Under the pieces are notes generated by a model. The model made no database searches and had not been told where the DNA came from. It worked only from the letters and a program-made list of their open reading frames with translations. A stretch of DNA of 64,000 bases from Methanomassiliicoccales archaeon. Lineage in GTDB: Archaea; Thermoplasmatota; Thermoplasmata; Methanomassiliicoccales; UBA472. Location: positions 12,547 to 76,546 of the forward strand of contig JAPKYK010000003.1 in NCBI GenBank assembly GCA_026394395.1, given 5' to 3'. The position numbers and the translations under genes were made by a program. Shown one piece after another: positions 17,440 through 25,405 of the stretch; position 1 is the first letter of the stretch; each line of letters opens with the position of its first letter.

Positions 17440-18491
17440 CTACCATCACCCCTCAGCTGCCTTTCGAGGTACGGGGGCATCTCGGCATAGGTGTGCTCGA
17501 AGACCTCGGAACGCGAGGGGACGGGCACGGCCTCCGCCTCGGCGGCGGCCATCTCCACCAATTCGCTCAGCTCTTTCTCGAGGGAACCGTCATCCTTGAT
17601 CAGATTTTGGGAGAGCAGGTAGGCCTTGAACCGCTTCAGCGGGTCCTTCATCTCCCAGGACAGCACCTCCTCCTTGGAGCGATACTTCCTCCAGTCGTCG
17701 GAGGTGGTGTGGTCGCTGAGACGGTAAGTGTACGATTCGATGAGCGTCGGCCCCTGGCCCCGGCGGGCCCGCTCCACCGCCTCCGTCGCCGCGGCGTACA
17801 TGGCCAGGACGTCGTTCCCGTCCACCAGGATGCCTGGGAATCCGTAGGCCACGGCCTTCTGGGCCAGGGTGGGCGAGGCGCTCTGCTTGGCACGCCTGGT
17901 CGATATGGCGAACTGGTTGTTCTGACAGACGAAGACGTTGGGCGTCCGGAAGACCCCGGCGAAGTTGAGCCCCTCGTGGAACTCCCCTTCCGAGGTGGCC
18001 CCGTCGCCGAAGAAGGCCATGGTCACGCTGTCCTCTCGCCTCAGCTTGCTGGCGTAGGCGATGCCCACGGCGTGCGGGATCTGTGATGCCACTGGGACCA
18101 CCGATGGCGTCGCCCTCGCTCCCTCTGGGTAAACGTTGCCCTGCTCGTTGCCCATCCAGTATAGGTAGGCCGTCCTCAGGGGCACGCCCTTCCACAACAG
18201 CCCGCCCATCTCCCGGAAGGCCCAGACCAGCCAATCCTTTTCCTTCAGGGCCATGGCCGGCCCGATCTGGCTGGCCTCCTGGCCTTTGCTCGGGGGATAC
18301 GCGCCCAGGCGCCCCTGCCTCTGCAGCTTGACCGCCTTGTCGTCCGCCAAGCGGGTGAGCACCATGGTGCGGTAGGCTTGGAGCATGATCTCCCTGCTCA
18401 TCTTCGGCTTGAGGGCGGCATCCACGTTCCCCTCCTCGTCCATTATCCGCAGCATCTCCCCCTTTAAAGGATCGAAATCGTCCGTCAGCAT
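17436..18491 (-). CDS. 2-oxoacid dehydrogenase E1 alpha subunit (TPP-binding)
   Basis: TPP motif FFGDGATSEGEFHEGLNFAGV...VCQNN. Overlaps the E1 beta start by 4 nt. Confidence 0.9.
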   Translation of the reverse strand: MLTDDFDPLKGEMLRIMDEEGNVDAALKPKMSREIMLQAYRTMVLTRLADDKAVKLQRQGRLGAYPPSKGQEASQIGPAMALKEKDWLVWAFREMGGLLWKGVPLRTAYLYWMGNEQGNVYPEGARATPSVVPVASQIPHAVGIAYASKLRREDSVTMAFFGDGATSEGEFHEGLNFAGVFRTPNVFVCQNNQFAISTRRAKQSASPTLAQKAVAYGFPGILVDGNDVLAMYAAATEAVERARRGQGPTLIESYTYRLSDHTTSDDWRKYRSKEEVLSWEMKDPLKRFKAYLLSQNLIKDDGSLEKELSELVEMAAAEAEAVPVPSRSEVFEHTYAEMPPYLERQLRGDGR

Positions 18492-19396
18492 CTTCTCGCA
18501 CCTGCCTCATGAATCAGATTGTAAGCGTCATAGGATGACCGCACCAGCGGTCCGGCCCGGACCCCCCTGAAGTCCATCGACAGGGCCGTGCTCCGCAGCT
18601 CGTCGAACTCTGCCGGCAGAACGTACCTTCTCAAGGGCAGGGTCGATCCGGCCGGAGGGAGATATTGACCGAGGGTGAGCAGTTCCACGCCCGCGGTCCG
18701 AAGATCCTTCATCGAAGTGACGACCTCCTCCTTTTCTTCCCCCAGACCCAACATCAGCGAGCTCTTGGTCATGATGCCAGGCTGCATCTCCTTGACCAAG
18801 GACAGCACGCCCAACGAGCGCTCATAGGACGCCCTGGCGTCCCTTATCCACTGCAATGAGCGCACCGTTTCCAGATTGTGCCCTAGCACCTCGGGCGATG
18901 ACATCGCCACCGCTTCCAGGCTGGAACGCCGCCCTTGCAGGTCCGGCACAAGGACCTCGATCGAGGTCCCAGGGTTCATCCAGCGCACTTGGCGTACCGT
19001 TTCCGCGAACATCTCCGCCCCTCCATCCTCCAGGTCGTCACGGGTGACGGAAGTAATGACCACGTGTCGTAAACCCATACATTTGACGGCCTCGGCCACC
19101 CGAGACGGTTCCCCCTCGTCCACGGGACCCGGGTCACCGCAGGGCACGGCGCAGAACCGGCAGTCCCTGGTGCACACGTCGCCCAGCAACATGAACGTGG
19201 CATGACCTTGCCCCCAGCAATCGCCTAGGTTAGGGCAGCGCGAGGAATCGCACACCGTGCGCAATCCTGAGGCGCTAAGGGAACTTCTCATGCCCTGGGA
19301 GCGGGCGGGCGACGCCACCCTGGTCCTCAGCCAGGGCGGTTTCTCCACTACGTCCGGAGGGGCCATGTACTGAGCATATGTCTGCCCATGGTTCAT
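18485..19396 (-). CDS. lipA: Lipoyl synthase
   Basis: Auxiliary cluster CDSSRCPNLGDCW (Cx4Cx5C) and radical-SAM cluster CTRDCRFC (Cx3Cx2C). Overlaps the E1 alpha start by 7 nt (ATGCTGA). Confidence 0.9.
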   Translation of the reverse strand: MNHGQTYAQYMAPPDVVEKPPWLRTRVASPARSQGMRSSLSASGLRTVCDSSRCPNLGDCWGQGHATFMLLGDVCTRDCRFCAVPCGDPGPVDEGEPSRVAEAVKCMGLRHVVITSVTRDDLEDGGAEMFAETVRQVRWMNPGTSIEVLVPDLQGRRSSLEAVAMSSPEVLGHNLETVRSLQWIRDARASYERSLGVLSLVKEMQPGIMTKSSLMLGLGEEKEEVVTSMKDLRTAGVELLTLGQYLPPAGSTLPLRRYVLPAEFDELRSTALSMDFRGVRAGPLVRSSYDAYNLIHEAGARRC

Positions 19397-20448
19397 ATGC
19401 CTTTCTTACCGAACCTACGAACGCAGCGCATGAGCGCGTCCACATGGTCCAAAGGCATTCCCCGGTGCAATGAGCAGGAGCACATGAAGACGTATCCGTC
19501 CCAAGGTTCGAACGTCCTAAGAAAACCTTCCGTCTCGTTAACGATCCTCTGTTCCGGACCCAGCAATAGAGTGGAGAAGGCGTCTATGCCCCCCATGAGG
19601 CACACCTTCCCGGAGAAGGCCTTCTTGAGCAGCTCCGCATCGTTGCCTTCGGCAAATTGGAACCCTTCGATGTCGGTGGCCAGGATGCCGTCCATCAGGG
19701 GCAGGTTGGGGCGCGAGCTCATATCCCCGTGCGGATGGAAGACGGTCGGTAGCCCGAGCTCATGGGCGGCCGATCTCAACCGGGCCAGGTTGGGCAGCGT
19801 GAGCTCACGGAAAGCCTCTTGGCCGAATATGTCCGGGTTGTCCGAGGCGGCGGCGATGAAGGCGCAGTCCAGATCGGCCCTTCCTGCCACAGCCCTCAGG
19901 TACTCCTCCCCCAGTTCCGTGGCGTACCGGACATAGGAGGCGGCAAGATCTGGCTGGAAATGCATGTCCAGGGCCAGGTTCTCCATGCCCCGTAGCAGCG
20001 CCGCCTTGGTGATCGGCCCTTCAAGGTTGCAGATGATGGCGGTATCCGATCTCATTTCCCGGGAAACTTGTTGATAGCAATCCAGTATATGGGGGAAGGG
20101 TGCGGTCCGTTGGAAATCCAATGGTTCGAAGATGGGGTCAACAGCATCTTGAAATGGGTGCCTGACCACGCTGGGGATTCCCCATTCTGGATACTTGACC
20201 AGTCCACCTAGGGCTTCGACCTCCAAGCCCACGAAATGTATGCAACCCACCACCGCATCCTGACCCAGGCGACGATGTAGGGCTATTATGGAACGGTATG
20301 CCTTGGTAGCATCATAAGCTCCGGCGCACACTTCCGGAGTGCTATAGTCCGATTCATCCAGGCCAAGGGTAAGGTCCCTAAGAAAGACCGGAGGGGCGTC
20401 TGGTACGCCCATCTCCAGTGCGCGAAGGAACCTCTCCCTGCCTTTCAT
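19393..20448 (-). CDS. Uroporphyrinogen-decarboxylase (URO-D) family protein, MtaA/MtbA-like
   Basis: 351 aa with a URO-D-like layout. Putative Zn-ligand regions are FHPHGD and FMCSCSL. The stop overlaps the lipA start (ATGA). Confidence 0.65.
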   Translation of the reverse strand: MKGRERFLRALEMGVPDAPPVFLRDLTLGLDESDYSTPEVCAGAYDATKAYRSIIALHRRLGQDAVVGCIHFVGLEVEALGGLVKYPEWGIPSVVRHPFQDAVDPIFEPLDFQRTAPFPHILDCYQQVSREMRSDTAIICNLEGPITKAALLRGMENLALDMHFQPDLAASYVRYATELGEEYLRAVAGRADLDCAFIAAASDNPDIFGQEAFRELTLPNLARLRSAAHELGLPTVFHPHGDMSSRPNLPLMDGILATDIEGFQFAEGNDAELLKKAFSGKVCLMGGIDAFSTLLLGPEQRIVNETEGFLRTFEPWDGYVFMCSCSLHRGMPLDHVDALMRCVRRFGKKGI

Positions 20449-20450
20449 GT

Positions 20451-21416
20451 TCAGTCCTCGGGCAGATAGCTCAGGTCCACGTTGTCCATGATCACCGGCA
20501 TCTCGTTTATCTTTCCAAAGCTCAGTAATGCCATGGCGGTCATGGTGATACTCTGCACGTCGGTGGCGTTGAAGCCGACCTCGTAGAACTGCACTATACT
20601 GCAGTTAGACTGGTCCTCGACGCTAAGACCGGTATGGTTGGCGCAGTCTAGCATGGCCTCATCCCAGTTCTCCACGATGAACTGGTTGGCCTGGTCCAGT
20701 GCTTTAAGGACCTTCTTAATGGCCTCGGCCTTCTCCTGCAAGGCTTTTTCCGAAGCGACCAGTACTATGGGGAATGTACTTCCAAGTTCCGAGGAGTTGC
20801 CCAGCTCGTGGACGTTATCACCACACAGGTTCTCGGTGTTCACTGCCCAGGGTTCGCTGCCGGCCATAGCGTCGATCTGCCTAGTGCTCATGGCCAAGGG
20901 GATATCAATGGGGTTCATGAAAACGAAGGTTATGTTGTCCGCGTTCACGTCATTGGCCTGGCACCATTGCAGGAATGCCCCATGCGTACTGGAGCCTTGC
21001 TGTAGTCCGACCTTCATGCCTTCCAGGTCCGTCGGTTGCACGATATCGTTCCAAGCGATGAAGCGGTGCATGCCGGCGCCACCGATGAAGCGGGCTACGA
21101 TCCTGGCCCCGGTGTCCTTGGTCATTAGCTGCACCGCCGGGGCGTCGCCCATGGCCGCCAGGTCGGTAGACGCTGTAATAAGAGCCTCGGCCGCCTGAAT
21201 GCCACCGGTCACGATCTTAGCGGTGATATTCAGTCCTTGATCTTCGAACATGCCCTCGTCGTTCGCTACCATTATCGTCTCGTAGTTCACCTTCTGTGAA
21301 TAGGCTATGGTGATGTCCGATTCCCCCTCCGACGAAGGTTGGAGCATGATTATTGCCCCAACGGCCGAGACGATCACGATGATCACCACGATTGCTGCCA
21401 ATATCTTACGGTTCAT
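20451..21416 (-). CDS. ABC transporter substrate-binding protein, NMT1/SsuA/ThiY-like (NitT/TauT family)
   Basis: N-terminal membrane anchor (ILAAIVVIIVIVSAVGAIIML). Periplasmic-binding-fold sequence with DLAAMGDAPAV and GSEPWAV. Confidence 0.7.
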   Translation of the reverse strand: MNRKILAAIVVIIVIVSAVGAIIMLQPSSEGESDITIAYSQKVNYETIMVANDEGMFEDQGLNITAKIVTGGIQAAEALITASTDLAAMGDAPAVQLMTKDTGARIVARFIGGAGMHRFIAWNDIVQPTDLEGMKVGLQQGSSTHGAFLQWCQANDVNADNITFVFMNPIDIPLAMSTRQIDAMAGSEPWAVNTENLCGDNVHELGNSSELGSTFPIVLVASEKALQEKAEAIKKVLKALDQANQFIVENWDEAMLDCANHTGLSVEDQSNCSIVQFYEVGFNATDVQSITMTAMALLSFGKINEMPVIMDNVDLSYLPED

Positions 21417-21420
21417 TCTT

Positions 21421-22221
21421 TCAATTCTCCTTCTCTACGCTAATGAAGGACACCCGGGGAGCGCTACTTGCGCAGGAGCAAACCTGCAATCCCCGGATCA
21501 TATCCTCCTTCAACTTCACCATCTGCGGCGAGGAAGGGTCCCTGGGCCAGGGTAGACCGATCCTCCATTCCTTGTTCATGCGTCCAGGTGACGCAGACAT
21601 GAGCACAACCCTCGTCCCCAGGATCAATGCCTCGTCGATGCTATGGGTGACGAAGACCACGGTCTTCCCCTCCTTCTTCCACAGGTCTAACACTTCATTA
21701 TCCAATTTCCTGCGGGTCTGTTCGTCCAGGGAGCCGAACGGCTCGTCCATCAACAACAGGTCGGGATTCATAGCCAGAGTACGCGCAATGGCCACGCGCT
21801 GCTTCATCCCTCCGGATAGCTCGTTGGGGCGGGCCTGAGCGAAGTCGGTCAGGCCGACTAGCTCTAGATATTTCAGGGCTATTCTTTCCCTCCCTTTTTT
21901 CTCCTCCGCACCGCGCAGAGAGAAGGTGACGTTCTGCAGAACGGTCATCCAGGGAAACAGGCTGGGTTCCTGGAACACCACCCCTCGCTCCGGGGAAGGT
22001 CTTTTGATAGGAATGTCCTTGAAGGACACCTTACCGGTGGTGGGGAATTCGAATCCAGCCAGCAAGTTCAATGTAGTGCTCTTGCCGCAGCCGCTCGGTC
22101 CAATAATGCAGAGGAACTCGCCCTCCTCTATATCCAGGGTCACATCGTTCAGCGCGACCAGACCCTTTCCCGTCCGGGGATTGGTGAAGACCTTAGACAC
22201 ATTCTTCAACGAAGCCAGCAT
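21421..22221 (-). CDS. ABC transporter ATP-binding protein (NitT/TauT family)
   Basis: Walker A GPSGCGKST, signature LSGGMKQRVAIAR, Walker B LLLMDEPFGSLD. The start was moved to the ATG at 22221, which lies 2 nt after the permease stop. Confidence 0.85.
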   Translation of the reverse strand: MLASLKNVSKVFTNPRTGKGLVALNDVTLDIEEGEFLCIIGPSGCGKSTTLNLLAGFEFPTTGKVSFKDIPIKRPSPERGVVFQEPSLFPWMTVLQNVTFSLRGAEEKKGRERIALKYLELVGLTDFAQARPNELSGGMKQRVAIARTLAMNPDLLLMDEPFGSLDEQTRRKLDNEVLDLWKKEGKTVVFVTHSIDEALILGTRVVLMSASPGRMNKEWRIGLPWPRDPSSPQMVKLKEDMIRGLQVCSCASSAPRVSFISVEKEN

Positions 22222-22223
22222 GT

Positions 22224-23060
22224 TCAGTCCTCCCTGTCCAGACCGAGACGGTTGCGCAACATGTTCTCTATCCAAACGAAGAACAGCTTCTCTATGATCA
22301 GACCGATGGCACAAATGACGATGATGCAGACGAAGGCGTCAATGAAATTCAGGCTGTACCTGGAATTGAAGATAGATGCTCCCAAACCTACGGATACCCC
22401 GACCACCATCTCCGCAGCGATGAGCACCCTCCATCCATTGGCCAATCCAACCCGCATTCCGTTGATAATGGACAAGGCCGCTCCAGGTAAAAGCACCTTG
22501 AAGAAGAGTGCCCAACTGTCCCTTCCTGACATCTGGGCCACGCGTGTATAGATGGGAGGCACCTGCCGCATGCCTCCGGCGGTGTTGATGACTATGGGCG
22601 GTAAGGCCGTTACCAGGATGATGAAGACGGTCGATGTCTCCCCTAGGCCGAAGATCAGCATGGCAATGGGGACCCAAGCCAGACCAGGTATCATCTGCAT
22701 GATATAGACCGGTATCATACCGGTCTCATGAAGTCTGGGTATGGTGCCGAAAAGGAAACCAATTACAATCCCAAGTACCAAAGCGATGATGTAACCCAGA
22801 CCCCATCGATACAGAGAAGCATTGGTGTGCGTGAAGATGTTCTCTCCATTGATCTTAGATCCATTAAGGGCGTTCCATAAGGCCTCAAAGGTCTCAAATG
22901 GTCTGGGAAAATCAGCACCTTTAACATATATGATGACCTCGGCAATTACCCACCAGGTGGCTATGACAATAAGAATGCCAAGGATAACATTCAATAGATT
23001 ACGAAGAAACAGCCTTCGCTTCTCTGGTGAAAATGTGAAATGGGAGCTCCCATCCTTCAA
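22224..23060 (-). CDS. ABC transporter permease (NitT/TauT family)
   Basis: Six hydrophobic segments and a BPD-transporter EAA-like loop (AQMSGRDSWALFFKVLLPGA). TTG start per the track, so the start is uncertain. Confidence 0.75.
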   Translation of the reverse strand: MKDGSSHFTFSPEKRRLFLRNLLNVILGILIVIATWWVIAEVIIYVKGADFPRPFETFEALWNALNGSKINGENIFTHTNASLYRWGLGYIIALVLGIVIGFLFGTIPRLHETGMIPVYIMQMIPGLAWVPIAMLIFGLGETSTVFIILVTALPPIVINTAGGMRQVPPIYTRVAQMSGRDSWALFFKVLLPGAALSIINGMRVGLANGWRVLIAAEMVVGVSVGLGASIFNSRYSLNFIDAFVCIIVICAIGLIIEKLFFVWIENMLRNRLGLDRED

Positions 23061-23242
23061 CGCCTTTGAAACCGCTTCGCTGCGTTCTAACCGCTCACAT
23101 CTTGTCAGGAATTCAAACCCCTTGATATTGATTTATATTATTTGATAATGAAATCAAATATTGTTTGTAAATTGCAAATAAACTATTTAATAATTTATTG
23201 CTCCGATTGGCCTCGACAACTATTTCGTTTTCCGTTGGAGAA

Positions 23243-23252
23243 TTTTTAAATA
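23243..23252 (+). promoter_or_regulatory. TATA-box-like element for the SRP RNA gene
   Basis: TTTTTAAATA lies about 23 nt upstream of the first base of the 5'/3' terminal helix at 23275. Confidence 0.5.
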
Positions 23253-23274
23253 GGCTGTATGAATAAGACCACCT

Positions 23275-23584
23275 GCTAGGCTTGACCGGGACGTTCGGCG
23301 TGTCCTTGTACACCGTAATCGTCGACATGCGGGGGTGACAGTGGGGGACGTCGTATCCGGAGCGTTAGAGGCCCAGTCATTGGCGCTGAGGCCCTGTCCT
23401 ACGGGGTCGGTGGCAGCATTGCGGTGCAGCTGGAGGGCGGCACTCCTTGCTCTGATCGTGGGGAACGGGTCAGGCCCTGACGGGAACAGCCTTACCACGG
23501 ACTACCTACGCTCGAAGGGGAGCGGGGCTGAGTCAGTGATTGGTCCACCTCTAGCGGTCCGGGCGGCAACCTCCATGGCCTAGC
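23275..23584 (+). ncRNA. 7S: Archaeal signal recognition particle (7S) RNA
   Basis: A GC-rich stretch of about 310 nt with no credible ORF. The 5' GCUAGGCU (23275-23282) pairs with the 3' GGCCUAGC (23577-23584). The 5' Alu-domain sequence GCUAGGCUUGACCGGGACGUUCGGCGUGUCCUUGUACACCGUAAUCGUCGACAUGCGGGGG closely resembles archaeal SRP RNA 5' ends as I remember them. A helix-8-like motif GGGUCAGGCCCUGACGGGAACAGCC is at about 23467-23491. A T5 run follows at 23587-23591. Confidence 0.85.
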
Positions 23585-23589
23585 ACTTT

Positions 23590-24639
23590 TTACTTTCCCA
23601 GTTCCATGGATTCCCAGCCCACGGTGGAGGTCGGCTTGCAGCCGGTTATGATATCCTTGTCAAAATCGAACATGACCGCGGATTCGTCGCCATGCTCTAC
23701 GACCAACTGTTTCTCCTCGGTGATCTTGCCGATTACGTTAGCGGTGATCCCGACCGAGGCGTACATTTCGATGGTGCGCTGTGAGTTGATCGGATCACAG
23801 GTGACCACGTAACCGAATCCCTGATACGATTTAAGCCATTGCAGAAGATCCACCTTGGCTGGACGAGGTATCAAGTCCAGCTCGACCGTGGCCCCCTTCC
23901 CGCTGGTCTCCAGCAGCATTCCCAATGTCCCAAGGGTGCCCGGATTGCTGATGTCCTTTCCAGATCGCACTAGGCCCTGTTTGGCGATCTTGTTCATGAT
24001 GAGCATCTGTCGTCTCAGTGCAGGGGCCTCCTTCCGGGAGGTCGTATCCCAGGCCAGTTGAAGCTCTTCGGGGTAATAGCCATCGAGGTCCATTCCCACG
24101 ATGACATCGTCCCCGACCCGGGCGGTGTGGCTGTAAATGGCTTCACCGATCTCGGCCGTTCCGATGATGGCAACGTCGATGGCGTCATAATCACAATCAG
24201 GGTGCGTATGCCCTCCGACGATGGGCACTCCGAACTTTTTGACCGCCGACTCCATGCCCTTCATGACTTGTGAGCACATCCGATTGTTCTTGACAGATAA
24301 TATGTCGAGCATGGCGATAGGCACTCCACCCATGGCCGCTATATCATGGATGTTGACCAGGACAGCATAATATCCTGCAAAAAAAGGGCTAGCCCTCATG
24401 AGTGATGGCATGATCCCATCCGCCGCAAGGAGCAGGAGCTTTCCATTTTCCTCCACCACTGCGGCATCCTCGCCATATGAAGCTAGGATCTTAGTGTGCG
24501 CCTGTTTAGGAAAGAAGTTGATAACATCTGAGATGCTTTTCTTTCTGGTCACTCCGGGAAAGTTACGCAGAGCATCGACCAGGCCGTTCAGGTCCATGCC
24601 TCCCGAAAAGCCTTCAGGGGATTTATACGTTATTCGCAA
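23590..24639 (-). CDS. AIR-synthase-related protein (PurM/ThiL/HypE superfamily), possibly methanogenesis-marker-2-like
   Basis: GEDAAVVEENGKLLLLAADGI, VNIHDIAAMGGVP, GGHTHPD and GKDISNPGTLGTLGMLLE are typical PurM-fold ATP-binding regions. The subfamily call is tentative. Confidence 0.6.
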   Translation of the reverse strand: MRITYKSPEGFSGGMDLNGLVDALRNFPGVTRKKSISDVINFFPKQAHTKILASYGEDAAVVEENGKLLLLAADGIMPSLMRASPFFAGYYAVLVNIHDIAAMGGVPIAMLDILSVKNNRMCSQVMKGMESAVKKFGVPIVGGHTHPDCDYDAIDVAIIGTAEIGEAIYSHTARVGDDVIVGMDLDGYYPEELQLAWDTTSRKEAPALRRQMLIMNKIAKQGLVRSGKDISNPGTLGTLGMLLETSGKGATVELDLIPRPAKVDLLQWLKSYQGFGYVVTCDPINSQRTIEMYASVGITANVIGKITEEKQLVVEHGDESAVMFDFDKDIITGCKPTSTVGWESMELGK

Positions 24640-24644
24640 ATGCC

Positions 24645-25223
24645 TCAGAGCTCCAGTTTGGTCTGCTTCGTCTCCCGAATAAGATAGGTAGCCTCAGCGT
24701 CGCTAAGGATTATCTGTGTGAGGAGGCTCTGGTATGCTCCTTCTAGCTCGTCATTAATGGGTACGTATGCCTTGCTGCTCGTAGGGATCTTGAATCCTAT
24801 CTTCATCATGAACTTGCGAGCTTCGATTATTTCCTCATCTCGTGCCTGGACACCGGGCGAAGCGTCCATGACCCTCGCCCTCTCCAGCTCTTCCTTGAAT
24901 ATTGGGCGGTGGAACAATTTGAAAAGAGTGTATAATGTCAGCTCTGCGGGCCTATCTCCGACGATTGATCGGGCGTTCTCTGCGATTTTCAAGTAGATAT
25001 CACGTTCTTTTCCCTTGACTGGGGTGTAAATTTTTGCGGGAGGAACATCCTTCTCTTTCAGGATGTTGAGGTCTGACATAGCCCGAAGGTAGCCGGTCAA
25101 AGTAAGCCGGTGCATGTCGAAACCCTGTTTACTCAATTCTCTTGATAGATAGCTGATTGATCTGCCCTCTTCGGCGAGCATTGAGATGATTATTTGTTTT
25201 AAATCCTTGTCTGGATGGAACAT
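24645..25223 (-). CDS. Winged-helix DNA-binding protein candidate (192 aa)
   Basis: N-terminal IIISMLAEEGRSISYLSRELSKQGFDMHRLTLTGYLRAMSDLNIL looks like a wHTH. Transcribed divergently from nrdD. Confidence 0.5.
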   Translation of the reverse strand: MFHPDKDLKQIIISMLAEEGRSISYLSRELSKQGFDMHRLTLTGYLRAMSDLNILKEKDVPPAKIYTPVKGKERDIYLKIAENARSIVGDRPAELTLYTLFKLFHRPIFKEELERARVMDASPGVQARDEEIIEARKFMMKIGFKIPTSSKAYVPINDELEGAYQSLLTQIILSDAEATYLIRETKQTKLEL

Positions 25224-25300
25224 ATGTTAACATATATGGTAACAAATATGGTAATAATATAGGTTTGCAGACCAGTTTTAATAATGTTAATTGTTAACAG
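25224..25300. promoter_or_regulatory. Repeated TGTTAA(C) / ATATGGTAA motifs in the divergent promoter region
   Basis: Palindrome ATGTTAACAT at 25224-25233. ATATGGTAAC and ATATGGTAAT at about 25234-25255. TGTTAATTGTTAACA at about 25285-25299. Confidence 0.3.
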
Positions 25301-25405
25301 ATTGAGTTCAAAAATTCATTTAAACCCTTACAGAGTATGTCATCTTCCCGAGTTGGGATGGATGCAAAAGGACCCTCTAAATAGGTCCTCCTTTCTAATT
25401 CATTA

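Noticed and set aside
17590-18510. 306-aa minus-strand ORF overlapping the E1alpha gene in another frame
   Set aside because: It is an off-frame product of GC-rich coding DNA (Gly/Arg/Pro-rich). The E1alpha frame carries the TPP motif.
23220-23583. ORFs 23220-23498 (-) and 23335-23583 (+)
   Set aside because: Both fall within the SRP RNA gene. Neither has an RBS or a recognisable motif, and the region is better explained by conserved RNA sequence and structure.
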